Translations under genes and position numbers: made by a program
In this document: positions 35,343-64,000 of the stretch, piece after piece
Position numbering within the stretch: position 1 is the stretch's first letter
Layout: the number at the start of each line of letters is the position of its first letter
Notes under the pieces: generated by a model
What the model was told of the DNA's origin: nothing
Seen by the model: the letters and a program-made list of their open reading frames with translations, nothing else
The model's database searches: none
From: Bugula neritina
Lineage: Eukaryota > Animalia > Bryozoa
Direction: 5' to 3'
DNA length: 64,000 nucleotides
Assembly: GCA_964035545.1 (NCBI GenBank)
Contig: OZ037772.1
Span: forward strand, 10,042,818 to 10,106,817

Positions 35343-38300
35343 CTATGGAGTTCCTTGTTTGGAAAACTCAGTTGAACTCCTTCTAAGAGAGCACAACTCT
35401 TTACTGTTTGTATAAAACTACAATGGATTTGATGTGCTAGCCAATCATGTCTCTGACATTCTTCACTGCAGTATCTGCCAAGAAATACAGAGCTGGATTA
35501 GAATCTATTCCATCAATAATACGAGCCACTGGTGAAGGTCAAATAATTTATAAGTATTTGATTATGGCAATAAATTTGTTAATTTAAATGATTGCATAGC
35601 AAAAAACATGGATTAAGCAGTTGAAGTATGAATTCATAGAGTTTGTTTGTTTGTTTTTATTTTGTCGTAGTCGGGAAAAAATTAATTGAGAAGAAATAAA
35701 CAAAATGACAGGGCCTATGGCGCATTAGCACTGTAGCTAGTCGAGGCACCGAGCCATGAATAGTTGACAGTTATATAAGATTTTTGTTTAGGTTTTTGGA
35801 AGTTTTAGCAACTCAAAAAGTATTATTTTTTTATCTAAATCAAACTATCTAGAAACCAATATCCAGGAAATTAAACTAACGCCACATATAGTGGAATTGC
35901 AAAAGCAGAAAACTGGACTCTTTCATGGGGTAAAACTGCTGAATGAACAGTGTGAACGGTTTATACCCAACAAAGGTCATTGGTGATGTTAGGAAGAGCA
36001 TCCAGTCATAATTGCTCCTGTGCCCTATCTGAGTAAGTCCTCAGCCCAATTTAACAAAAACCCGTTCCAGCAGAGGTGTTCTTACAAAGATGTCAACTAA
36101 AAACTATAAATTTTTTAATTCCGAAAAATATTGCAAAATTCCGCTCAACGTGGCTCTAGCTCAATGAATGAAAAATAGCATCAGATTAAATGCTCAGATG
36201 GTACAAGACCGACCAATCACCTGACAGATCTGCAGCCTCCACATGAATTGTACTGCAGGGAACACCTTTCTATGTTGTTACAAGGGAGGTAGTGACATTC
36301 ATAGATTCGTGGCTCCTGATTGGCTAATGTGTCGCAAGTTAATTTGATAGAGTCATTTTGATTGGCTAGCAGCAGTGCTTTGCACTGACTGATGATTGTC
36401 TCCTCCAATGAGGTTGGCAAATACAGAGCTTCTGGAACATTCTGGAAATCAATAAAGTTAAAAATAGACTCAGGCTAGTGGGAGTTATGGTCTCTCCACA
36501 CCTACTAATTTACTGTGTCATAAAGTGTGTCTAAATGATATGCATTGTAGTGAAAAAATAAGTCGGAAAAGCCCACTTTGAAATTACACCACAAAAAAGA
36601 GAAAGGGAATATCAAATACAATAATTGAAAAAAGTTTATTATAAACCTACAGAAATTTTCTGATTGAAACTTCTAAAAGTTTTCATCAAACTAAAATAAA
36701 TTCTTCTAATCAAATTAATTTCTGGCTCATAATTTTAGCAGCAGACGTAAGCAATTAAAGATCCAACAAGGTAAATCTGCTCAACCTGCTCAACTATAAT
36801 AACAAAAGTTGCCAACTTGTAAAAACGATATGTAACTTAATGAAACTACCTACCAGCTGTGATAGATACGGAAGTAGCTCGCTGATACAAAGGTTGTACG
36901 TAGAGGAAGTGACATCATAACACGTCCTGCCTGAGCAACGTTCAACTGCTGTGAGATTGTCTAGCCTGTTGTCCATAGGATTTCCATTTCTATGTGTAAC
37001 TATCTGTGTGGACGGAAGTTTTCTGGAGTGGTGGAGGCCCCTGCAACAGGAACTCTGGCTAGGTGTATAACGCAGAGTAAACTTGTGGTTATATAAACCC
37101 AAAACTGAATGATAGTGCCTTAACTTTTTAGCTAATTTATTCCAAATGCAAATATTCGAAACACTTGAGAAAAAATTCAATTTGAAGAGACATTTAAAAA
37201 CTGTAATTTCATTTAAAAATGTTTTTATTTAATGAAATGAATTCATAACTTTTAACAAAATTTAAACAAAGCAAGCAGCATTTAGATTTTAGAGTAACAA
37301 AGATGGTTTACATCACAGTGATAAAATAATCCATCTATTCTCACAATCAAACAATGAAGAATTGAAAGATTAGCCGACATACAGTCTAACACTGAATTAA
37401 GGTTTCCATACCATATGATGTCTTGGACAGGGGTGATAGAGCACCTGTCAACACTAGACTCGGTGTCAGCTTTGGGAAATGCAAGCACCTGCATATGTGG
37501 GTCACCACCATCTCCACCAAACGTCATAACAGCCTGAATAAGTCAAAACAGTTACAGCTTACACTAACCTGGGACATATTATTCACAAGTCAAAATCTAG
37601 CAGTTTCAGAATCTGACCACACTTTGTATGAACTCCACAAATGATAGAATGATTTAATTTATAACAACAGTTTGAAGGGCACATTTTTGTGGTATGACAA
37701 CTCCGATTAAATTCTGAATAAAAAATAATTCCAACTTCAAATAAATACAACATTATCTACTAAAATGCTGATCAACATATTTTTCACAGGATTTCACTCT
37801 AAAAAGCTAATGAGTGGATTGAATTACTTCTCAGTAGTGATTAAATTATATTTATAGTCAAACTGGATATTTACAATAAGTTTTGGTGGAAATAAACTTA
37901 ATACAGCACCAGTTATTAACTTATTTTGAGTCTAATTCACTGGTAACAGACATTCACACATGTTTATAGTCACTATCCCTGTGAGAAGGACTTATCCAGA
38001 TGAGGCACAGGAACAATTATGACTGGATGCTCTTCCTAACATCACCAATGGCCTTTGTCTGGTTCCAACTCATGACTCAGTGGTTGCTAAGCCAATCTAC
38101 CCCCTAGACCACGGCTGCTCCCTGCTCACTGATATAAAATACTACCAACTATTCACCAATACGAAATACTACTAACTATTCACTGATATGAAATACTAGT
38201 AACTATTCACTGGTAACAAATACTAGTAACTATTCACTGATAGGTGGGAATGGAACTCACCTTCAAGTGATAATTGTCAGCAATAAAATTCTTATCTTTG

Positions 38301-41300
38301 TCAAGCAGGCACAGCTTCAGCTACAAAACCAACACTTCACACTATCACAGCTGATAAGACATGATAAACTGTACACAATATACTACACAGATATAAACAC
38401 AGTGAGATATCATATATGTATTATATACTATGTATGGCAATAGATACAATAGTTACAGCAATGAGTAGTTACTACAGTGTATTCTCTCACTGCTAAGTTA
38501 GAATACAGGCTGATAGGATTATTGTGGTATTTATGAAAAAAATTGGTAAAAATAGTTGTACACTTGTATTATTTTTCATTGAAAATTTGTGTGTTAAATC
38601 AATTGGCAAATGTTTAAATAACTTAATTTGATTTTTTAAAGAAACTTTATGAGACAAAAGGCCCCTAAAGTACACTTTGAAACAGCCCTAGAGCTCAAAA
38701 ACAAATGACTGCAGAGTGGAAACTCATCCAAGGTCATCGCTGGATTACGCCTACAAATGTGGTGGAGCCCCAACTATTTTCACGCCTAAGGCTAATAATG
38801 GGCATACACTATATATTGTTTGTATTTAGAAACAGTAAATAAATACAGAAGAAATGACCTAGAAAATAATAATTTATATTTGCTGTTGCGAGCAAGAGCC
38901 TATAGAAGTTCAAATAAATAATGAAAGATAATAAATATATAATATTTTGAATAACCAGTATTTATGTACGGTGTCAATAGGAAAATAAAAGAAAAAATGC
39001 TAAATTAGCTGACAAAGTATCAGCAAGAAGCTTTAAATGTTTCATATTTGGGTTCAAAGTTTAGCCTAAGCATGTGACAGAGTTATTTATAGATGTTGGT
39101 ATAAAACCCAACATTTATGGAATATATAGATCCATCAACCAACTTATACCAGCATATTATCCACAGTATTCACTAGTAACTGAATACAGCAGATGATGCA
39201 GTGCATTACTGATGGTAAACAGCTGCTTATGTGACCATTCAGTGACTATTATATATCAACATTTCAGCTCCCTATAACATGAATCTGCTAGATGAATACA
39301 TGTAATGATAAGCTATCTGAAACTTTATACTTTACATATCTGAAACTGGTCAAAGATCAAAACAAAGAATTTTTAACCCCAACTTGTTTTTTATATTCCA
39401 ATGTGTAAACAAATAAACATAATGTATGATTTGTATTGTAATGCTGATACACAAAAGGAAATTGTTGTAATGTCAATTCAATTTGAGAAAAATAATGTCC
39501 ATTAAAGTAAACAAATCTTCACAGAAATGGTTCAGTGGAACAGTGAATAAGAGTTATTGAATTAGATGGGTCATTTTTTGGTTTGGTAAAACACAATAAT
39601 GACGCCTGGGTTTTTTAGAATTGTACATTAGTTGCACTTGGTTTCCTGCTCCAGCTTGTAGAGCCAATATTCAATAGACTCACTCACGTTATAGTCACCA
39701 TCTCTGTGAGAAAACCCCTGATGGAAAGGCTTTTTGTTAAGGCTTGCTAAGGACTTATTTAAATGAGGCACAGGAGCAGTTTTGGCTAGATGCTCTTCCT
39801 AATATCACCAATGGCCTTTGTGGGGGAGGGGGGTGGTTTGAACCCCTTACTACTAGGCAAACGCTCTAACCCCTAGACCGGCTGTAAAGCCATTATTCAA
39901 TAGAATTTAGTAAAACGCAAATGTTATCAGAATTTTCCAGAATAATAAAACATTTGTCAGTGCTATAGCTGTTTCAGTTTGCTAGAAGAACCTTGTCGAT
40001 AGCACAAGTAGGTTTGGAGTGCGCATCACCAGTTGAAACAATAAGATGGGTGGCCACATTAATATTGATGAGCGTTAGAGTTAATAACCAGCATAGAAAT
40101 TATTGAAGTTTGGTTGCGAGATCAATATTTGAATAGAATATGCTGTGTGTGGTACTAGTTATCAGCTGTGACCATATGACAGGTTTCCCAAAGTGTGCAA
40201 GCACCTTGCTTGGCATCTGACAACAAGCAGCATGTGCTTGCAGGTATTGTCTCAAGAACAGGTTATAGTTGCACATTAGAAGCAGTCCACAGCCACTTTT
40301 CACCAATTGATATCTTACTCCAACGGTAATGCTGATTGCTAGCTAGCTATAGTAGTTCTCATGGACGCGGTTAATTATACCAGCAGTAAATCATATATGT
40401 GATAAAATTACTATTTGAGTCTATAACTTGATACTAATTTATATTTAAGTGAGGTGTTAATTTGCAAAAACAATGATGCAAGATTTTTTTGTAATTATAT
40501 TTGAATCAGCACAGGTAAAGCGTTAATAGAAATGCTTTGGCAATTACAGCTGGCAGTTCTGCCTAGGGATAGGTCTAGTTAACCATTTATAACAGTTTAA
40601 CATTTACATAGCAGCTTGATGCAAGGAATAATGTCAGCTTGGTAAATGTCCTAGCATTCAGAATAACATTTACAGTTATACTTAAGTGAGCTAGCAGCAG
40701 TGATAGCCTGGGGAGAATACAAACAGACTGACACCTAAACACGCCTACAGTGTTTAACTTGAACAGAAAGAACATGGGCTATGCTAAACTTCTGCATTAT
40801 TTGTAAAGATTTCAGTGAAGTTTGAACCACATCGACTAGATTATTTCAAAAGAGCTCCAACTGAAATTTTTAAGAGTTTGAGTTAATTGATTAAAATGAT
40901 ATAAAATGCGCATACAGTTAATATTTTATATGAGAACCTGCATTGCTGCATTTAAACCTGCACTTTGGGGATTTGGAAGCTATTATAGAAAGATCATTGT
41001 GTTTATTAGGCATAAAAAGATCAATAGAGGGTATTAGTTAAATATGCTAATAGTGGATGTTTAGTTTGTGTGTTCAGGAGATGATCTACCCCATAATGAT
41101 ATGTCAATAGCTGTAGCATACAGTATAATGCTTTCACAAACACTCAATGTTGCATATTTGCTTTAGCAAAGTGTAACTCAGGGTGCCTGTGAACAACCAG
41201 CGGAATATTTGCACACTTGTTATACGGTGTCAGCAAATGTCAAGCCTCTCCCAAGCTTCTTTTTTGGCAATAAAAGTGACAATAAATTTTCAAACTCGTG

Positions 41301-42725
41301 TAATTTTTTATTTGAATACAGCACAACTTTTATCAAAGATCAGTCTATGAATAAAAGAAACTGCGGCTGCCAAGTTTACAACCATGTGCTTTTCAACGAG
41401 GGTTGAAATTAAGGCTCCCCTCAAAACACAAAAGATTTCCATCTCTGGAATTTACAAAGAAATTTTTCTTCAAAGCGGAGAATGAAAATGCATTAATTCC
41501 AGTTTAAATCACTCCATCTAGGGAAAACAACTAGGAACATTCATTTAAATACTTTATAAGAAAAATAAGGAGTGACCAAAGCAACCCAAACCCGAGATTT
41601 GTTTACTGTAAACCAGGTAGGTGACCCGTTTGCGTGCCTTTTGTTTTAATATATTTAAAACTATGCTAACAAAGCTTGTAAAAATGCTATGTAAAGCAAA
41701 CAGTCGGTCAACTTCTGGGATATCATACGATATACACTACTCTATAGAGCCGAGCCCAAACACACTCTCTGATACTTAGCTCACTGGTGATAACTTGTAA
41801 ACAAAACTTTGTAATTGAATAAATTCCATTAATTAACATTATTTACAAGCCATGCTGTGTTTGAAAAAAACTAGTAACTCAAGTCACTGGAAAACATATA
41901 TTTGCTCGCTTACTGTGGTCCATGAAAATTCATACAACTGCTTGGGTAGTGAAAGTAATGGAGGTGATAAGAAAGTTGACTTAACATGCTGTTGCTATGA
42001 CTACAGATAATCTTGTTTGAGTATATGGAGATATCAGCATTTCAGAGTAACAGTTTCCAAATGCCAGCACATTATAGGCGCCCAGCAAATTTATAAATTG
42101 TACGTGAACTTTTATCGAAAATCTACCAGCAAAATACTAGCAGGAATTAAATATTTTATGCAAAAGTTTGTAATTTACTGAAATATCTATAATAATATAT
42201 CTATATGCATTTAGACAAAATATATAGTAGTACCCAAACCTACTGTAATTAATTTAAGAAAAATATTGTCAATAGAACACAAATTTTCAAAACTTTTGAA
42301 AACATACAAACAAAACTAGGAGGTTTTTACTGATTTGAATGGAGTAGATAAATGTAGTGAGATGCAGTAAGCTAATTAGGACCATATTAGACAACTTAGT
42401 TAGTATTGATTCTAATCGTCAACTAACAAATGGAGTATAGCTCAAAAATTAGTTAATAAACTTTGATCATAGCTGAGTAATGACACAGCGTCTTGTGACC
42501 TCAAACTCTACTGACAATTTGATTTGGGGAAATTTTGATAAGATATTTTATTCACAAGCATAGTGCATTATTGTGTGTCATACTAGATTAGGGTTGCAGT
42601 GAATACATTGGTTGAGTCAGAAGTTGTATCGGGAGTTGCATTACCTTGCCACCAGCTCTCCCAACATTAATCAGACAATATTGCTTGGGTACATCTGACA
42701 GACCAGAAGCTGGAATTCCATGCAT
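35343..42725 (-). CDS. ZMYND19: Zinc finger MYND domain-containing protein 19-like (HNH-like motif + C-terminal MYND finger)
   Basis: Exons 42725-42645 (..INVGRAGGK), 38320-38261 (LKLCLLDKDK..), 37533-37412, 37040-36854 (VTHRNGNPMDNRLDNL), 36441-36221 (YECHYLPCNNIE..CGGCRSV), 35474-35343 (RYCSEECQRHDWLAHQIHC). Phases are consistent and the motif order matches ZMYND19. A probable 5' UTR exon donor lies near 43433. Confidence 0.85.
35955..36110 (+). mobile_element. SINE copy, partial
   Basis: aaaggtcattggtgatgttaggaagagcatccagtcataattgctcctgtgcc. Confidence 0.8.
37960..38123 (-). mobile_element. SINE copy with internal deletion
   Basis: gtttatagtcactatccctgtgag .. ggatgctcttcctaacatcaccaatggcc .. 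ccacggctgctccct. Confidence 0.85.
38145..38242. repeat. 27-bp tandem repeat (tactagtaactattcactgatatgaaa), about 4 copies
   Basis: Read directly. Confidence 0.8.
39679..39882 (-). mobile_element. SINE copy
   Basis: actcactcacgttatagtcacc .. gatgctcttcctaatatcaccaatggcc .. cccctagacc. Confidence 0.8.
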
Positions 42726-43124
42726 TTCGGTGTTGAGACCTGAGAATAAAAATATGATTTTTCAAACTAAAAGTATTCAATAAGGTTTACAAAACATAAC
42801 AGCATAGCATAGGAAGAAATATTTATTAAATAATTTCTAAACCTGGAGTGAATATGGAGAATTTTCAATCTTCATGAAATAAAAAAGTAAACGAAAAATG
42901 CATGGGAAGTCTGTTTGTAGCAAACCATAACATGATAAATGTTATTGTTACTCCAGGCAAAATTATGAGTCAACACTCAACAGGTAATTATATTTACAAT
43001 AACTATTGTTATTAGTATTAATATTATGATTATCTAAAATGAAAAAGTTAATAATTTTATTTCAATTTTAGAGACTATTTTTAAAATGATTTTGACTTAG
43101 ACTTAGAGTTACTGTTATTTTTAT

Positions 43125-43380
43125 AATTATTATTAGTATTACTATTAGTATTGATATTACTATTAGTATTACTAATACTAATAGTAATAGTATTACTATT
43201 AGTAATACTAATAGTATAAGTATTAGTATTACTAATACTAATAGTAATACTAATACTAATAGTAATAGACTAATAGTATTACTATTAGTATTAGTATTAC
43301 TATTAGTACTACTATTACTATTAATATTACTACTAGTATTACTATTAGTAATACTGTATTACTATTACTATTAGTATCAC
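43125..43380. repeat. (TATTAC/TATTAG)-type low-complexity foldback tract
   Basis: Alternating tattactattag and tactaatagtaa blocks. Confidence 0.8.
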
Positions 43381-46300
43381 TCCAACATTAAATTTTAAGC
43401 TTACTCGTCACTTTCATTTTGATATTTCTTTACCTTAATAACTTTTGCGGAGTAAGATTAATACAGAATAAAACGGTCTTTCTTTTGCTGGTGGTGTATA
43501 GTTGAAACTTTACCGGATAATAATAATGGTCACACGAAAATTATCAAACTAGATAGCGTACATAATGATAATCATAATGACAATAATCATAATGACCATA
43601 CATGTGGGAGATCGAATTTTTAGCATGTTCAAAACAAGTACATGTGACTGGACTCAACTTTGCCCACTTGTAGTAAACTTATATTATGATTGGTTCGTTA
43701 GCTGTTTTCGAATAAGCACCGGTTTTATTAGAGAAAACAACTTCGCAAGTTCCAATAATTAGCAGAGGGGACAACTCTATTATAACAGCAACGCTTCTTC
43801 TATGCTTCATAAATATCGGACTCAATAATATCTTTTCCAGCTCAGTGTTCATAGATGCCAAAGATAGCCAAAAATGAGAAAAATAATATAAAGATTATAT
43901 AGAAAGATTGTGTTTTTATCTATTAATTGCAATGCATGTGGTTACTTTGAAACTGGTCAACCATACTTTCTGTACATTTCAAAATGTTATATAATAATAC
44001 ATTATATTCTGTAAAAAATGTACCACAATCATGTGTTAATTAGTATAATTATACCTAACTCAAAAACCACTTGTTATAAGGTTATTTTTGCCAAATTACT
44101 AATAATAATCAAAGTTTAAAATAACATTGATCTACTTTAAAGATTTATGTACAAAAATAGTCAGATTGGGAGAAAATCCTGTGCTTTAAAAAATTTATAT
44201 ACTCAATATATATTTAATGGCTGCCCTAAATCAGACAATCCTATTGAAAAATCTATGAAATCAGAAAACCAAAAAATCTATATAAATCTATAATATGTTA
44301 ATGTAATATCATGTGGGTCTGCTGTGATTAGAGCTATGACATCATGGCCTTTGATACAAATGGAAAGCTTTGCGACAGCTGTAAACTAAATGCACATGAG
44401 AAAAGCTTTGAAACTAGGATTCTAGTGTGAACCTGGTAATGTTTTGCCAGTATTACACCTATATACAATAATTATTAGGACTTTTGAAGTTTGTCCACCA
44501 CTGCACATATAATATACATGGCTATAATCTTGAAATTGTTTGAATTATAATAGAATACAAATTTACCCGCTTCTACTTCAAGCTATAATATTAATAATAT
44601 TTGAATGGACTACAATCTGGGACATTATTCTTCTTGGAATTTGGATTATAGATAAGTACTATCAAGGACACGCAAGCACACACTGATCACAATATACAAC
44701 ATTGTAATCTTAATTTTAGTAAGCTGTGATAACTTTTTACTGAAATCTTCTAAATCACATTAATTCACTGCGCAATTGCTATGACTTTATCCAGTCATGA
44801 ATACCGTTCATAAATAAGGAGTTATCTTCCCACTTATATACATTTAGCATTATGTTTTTATAATATTATATTAGCTGATATAAATAGGTCACATAATTGA
44901 AGGATTCCTTTTACAATGGAAACAGATACTGCAGGTTTCTAGAAGCAGCACCATGTTGGGGGTAGAGTGCAGAGTTTTTATAGACATCATTGTCCGCGTC
45001 CCAACTGAGACAAGAACCAATGCACTCACAGTTAGTTTAAGGTCACACTTTTCATTTTCTGGCTCTTTGCCAGGTGCTTTATGTTCTATATGAACAATGT
45101 TCCACTGATAGCTCGAACAGGTTGAATGTCACAGGAACAAAAAAAATATGAAAAGATAAAGAAACTTATGTTCTCCAATATACTTTTTTATTTTTTTCAA
45201 AAACCAATTCATGTTTAAGTTATAGCTTGTTGAAAAACATAGTCCCCCTTCCACATTCATTTCAATTTATACGCTCCTGACTTGTTATTGCGTCTCAATA
45301 TGCCTTGTATTTGAGTGCTAGTTAGTCTCGCTTCACTAACTTTGCCTATACTTCACAAGTGCCAGTGCTGCTGGCTCAAAAGCTAAATGTTATAAACTGT
45401 CAGCTAAAACCCAATCTTGTATTCCTAGGTTGGTTGGCCTAAATAAAACAATAGTCAAATCATGATTTCATGTTTTAAAAATTTACTCTATTCTAACCTG
45501 CTGCCTAGCTATAGTTCTATTTTTGATGTATAATTACAAAATTTGTGATAAATTTTTTTGGCAACCATGTGATTTATAAAATGCAGTAATGGTACTTATA
45601 ATATTATATTATTATCATTATAATATATTATATAGTATTATGCGTGTTTTTATTATACTGCATAATATCTATTTTATTATTGTTGTTGTGCAAACAAGTG
45701 CAATTAACCTAGTTTTCAAAATGTACCTCTAAATTATCAGAATATCAGTTTAGATATGTTCATGCTTTGTAAGGTAAACCTAAAAAAAGAGGCTGTATTC
45801 CCAAAGTAAAGGGTGTTGAACTATGAACTATATTAGATTAGCCACTCTGCTACCGAGTGCATCAGTATAATATTATATGAATAGCTCTGATGCTTTGTCT
45901 CCGGTGGCTGGCTGCGATATGATAACTTGGCCAACTTCCAAGAGTTTAAAATTGGCGCAATTATTCAAGAGGTTACATACTGCACAGAGCTAGCAGTGAT
46001 AGTAACCTTGCTATTGACAGTACTTATTACAACTGCCAGCATATAAGCTGCATTGTAGAATGCCGTTGGGGTAGGCTAGTAAAACCAAATTCTGCTCTCT
46101 AATATACCTTAGACACAATGCAGCAACACAATTTTTAGTTTCAAATTACATTTGCCACCCTTACATGAGCTGTGGGCTTCATAAAGATTCATATGATTAG
46201 AGATTTATGCTATAGGCCCTATCTGTGCTAGTGTATGATGAAAATAACACACCATTGTCAAAGTTAACTTCAAGTATGTTGTTTTCCAGAAACTCAGTAA

Positions 46301-48460
46301 TGTCCATTTATCTCTCGCATACAAATACTTATGTAATACCATACAGTTTAAGTTTTATTTTAGAGCACATCTGCAAACTCTACAATAAGAGCTTGCTTTA
46401 CCAGTCTATTTCAGACCTGTTTTTGTAGCTAGTAATACGCAAGCTACTTATTTTTAAACTTTTGGGTTATTTGTTCAAAACCATTAGCTTTGCTAGTAAC
46501 CCGAGACTATTGCAACAGTTGACTGCTATCAACATGAATTGACAGCCTAATAATTATAACCCTTTTGCGCGCGAAATATTTATGTAATGATAGTTACTCA
46601 TATAGTGCGCATTTTATTAACGATGACTGCATGGTCTAGAGGTTAGAGGCGTCAGCGAGGAGTTAGTTGGTTATGGTTCAACCCTGTTTTGTTGCAATTT
46701 TTTTTGTCAACTTATGCAAATCCTACGCATGTATAATAAATATGGCTATAATTGTAAAGTTTTTTTTAACTTTTGTTCAACAGTAAGACAACATACATGC
46801 ATAATAATTAGATACTGAACACTGGACTAAACCTTAAATTGATCTTATAGAATACAATGTACTTAAAATAATCATATGTGAATTAGAGAAACTGAAAGTA
46901 CACCTGCTGCTCTATAGACAGACCTTTACTGACAAGACTGCAAAGTGAAGTGATTTAGCTGAAATTAACTCTGCCAAACAAACAAAGAATTATGTTGTGC
47001 TGAGGCATTTTCAATATATTATTGTAACATAGTGAGATGATTCAGCTAAGTGCTAATGTAAAACAGGGAACATTATATTGGCAGAAATCCAATAGACTGC
47101 CAATTTGTGCGAGAGGGTACTATATGTTATTGTGATAGCGCAGAGCGGCAAACGTACTAGGAATGTTATAATTAGTCACAGGAGCGTAGCTAGAACCACC
47201 ATATGAAGAATTTAGAAAATTGCAGTGAAACTTGCAAAATGGTGTATGTTTTTACCAAATTGTGAAGAGCATAAACAGAATTTTAAAAAACAAAGAAAGT
47301 ATATTAGAGAAAACATATCAAGGAATGTCAAGTTTAACTTTTATACTTTATAAAATGAATCCCCTGTGCTACAGCAGTGGAACATGGAGGGTGTAAAATT
47401 TTACTTATTATGCAACAACTTTCTCAAAAAAAATTTTATTGAAAAATTAAAAAAGTATATGAAAGAGGAATGCAAGAGCTATCTTTTCATGTAAAATTTG
47501 TTAATGTGAGACAAAAACTGTTCGAGCTATCCCCTGGAAACCGTTTATATATAACATAAAGCAGTGCCTGAATCTGGAAAGTAATGACCTTAAACCAACT
47601 GTGCTCGTGACCACCAACCTGCTGCTGCTTCTAGCTATTTTTTGTCCTTATTAAAGCTTGTGCCCTGACCTGCTCTCTTACAATAGAAGGAGGTAACTTA
47701 GGCCTGTTTAGTCTCTGATTACAGAAAAAACCTCTCATTACAGGAGCTTCTATACACTTTATAAGCATAAAGACGAGGAATTCCTCATCACTGAACCAGA
47801 TCCAAACTGCTTACACATTAATTTATTACCAGATTTGATCCGAAATATTGTTGTGAGCAGGGAAGTTGCCTTTCTGATATACTAGAATTCTCTACAATAT
47901 CACAAGAGAACTCTTCAAAGTTGCAACACTATGTTGTGATTCTTATTCTAACACAGCAAACTCATTTTGATAACTAGCTGCTACACAGCGACTACCATTC
48001 CATGCACTAGTATTACACAATTAGTACTGGTTGGGTGCTGTTGGTGTCTACTTTAATTTATCTGATCTATTTTTGATTTATTGCACTTTTTATAAACGTC
48101 TACTTCGTCTATTTCCAACTTTATAAGCTCTGATGCTGTCACGTGATCAATAACAGTCAACAGGACCCAGGGTATGTTATACGTATAGTTGATGATCCTA
48201 ATAAGCTCCACCCATTTTATTAATAACCTAGAATCCTGGAAAGGACTTGATGTACGCAGTGTTTGGGATCACAGAACGCATCGATACTTGCTTTGGTACC
48301 TATTATAACTAATCTAACTTGAAAGCAGCCACGAATTAACTGCTCCAGTTTTTAGTATTGAAAAGTAGTGAAGTGTGCAAAGTTGCTACTTCATTATTAT
48401 TTAATAGCTGTGGAATTTATTCAAACTGATTTCCATTTGAATGTGTAACTGAGTTAGAGC

Positions 48461-64000
<15,540 letters not shown>

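Noticed and set aside
36854-37040. Mobile HNH homing endonuclease or horizontal transfer
   Set aside because: It is a spliced exon within a normal ZMYND19-like gene, whose family carries this motif.
43565-48400. Short ORFs between ZMYND19 and XDH (43565, 43679, 46225)
   Set aside because: No recognisable domain and no consistent exon chain.

Overview
AT-rich, intron-rich animal DNA, probably an invertebrate; the species cannot be fixed from the sequence. I assembled the exons by hand from splice sites and frame continuity. (1) 1.8-33.7 kb is a cluster of four TRAF2/3-like paralogues with shared exon phases, arranged A(+) B(-) C(-) D(+). B (615 aa) and D (618 aa) are full length: RING, 5 Zn fingers, coiled coil, TRAF-C/MATH. 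A (338 aa) and C (about 272+ aa) keep the RING and some fingers but have no coiled coil or MATH domain. (2) A ZMYND19-like gene lies at 35.3-42.7 kb (-). (3) A xanthine dehydrogenase/aldehyde oxidase-family gene runs from 48.5 kb off the right edge (+). It has two consecutive U12-type introns, intact Fe-S motifs, degenerate FAD motifs and a non-XDH substrate pocket. The introns hold about 13 copies of a tRNA-derived SINE, several MITEs and many mini/microsatellites. The best candidate for an undescribed system is the TRAF cluster. Both full-length TRAFs end in a tail carrying their own TRAF-binding motif (PIQEVT, SVQEMT). All four have a long post-RING insert with a conserved [ST][YF]D[AG] motif. 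Two MATH-less paralogues sit beside the full-length genes, one keeping apparent duplicated relics of the last MATH exon. B and D share patchy gene-conversion tracts, and kB-like sites lie in the putative promoters. All functional readings are inference.
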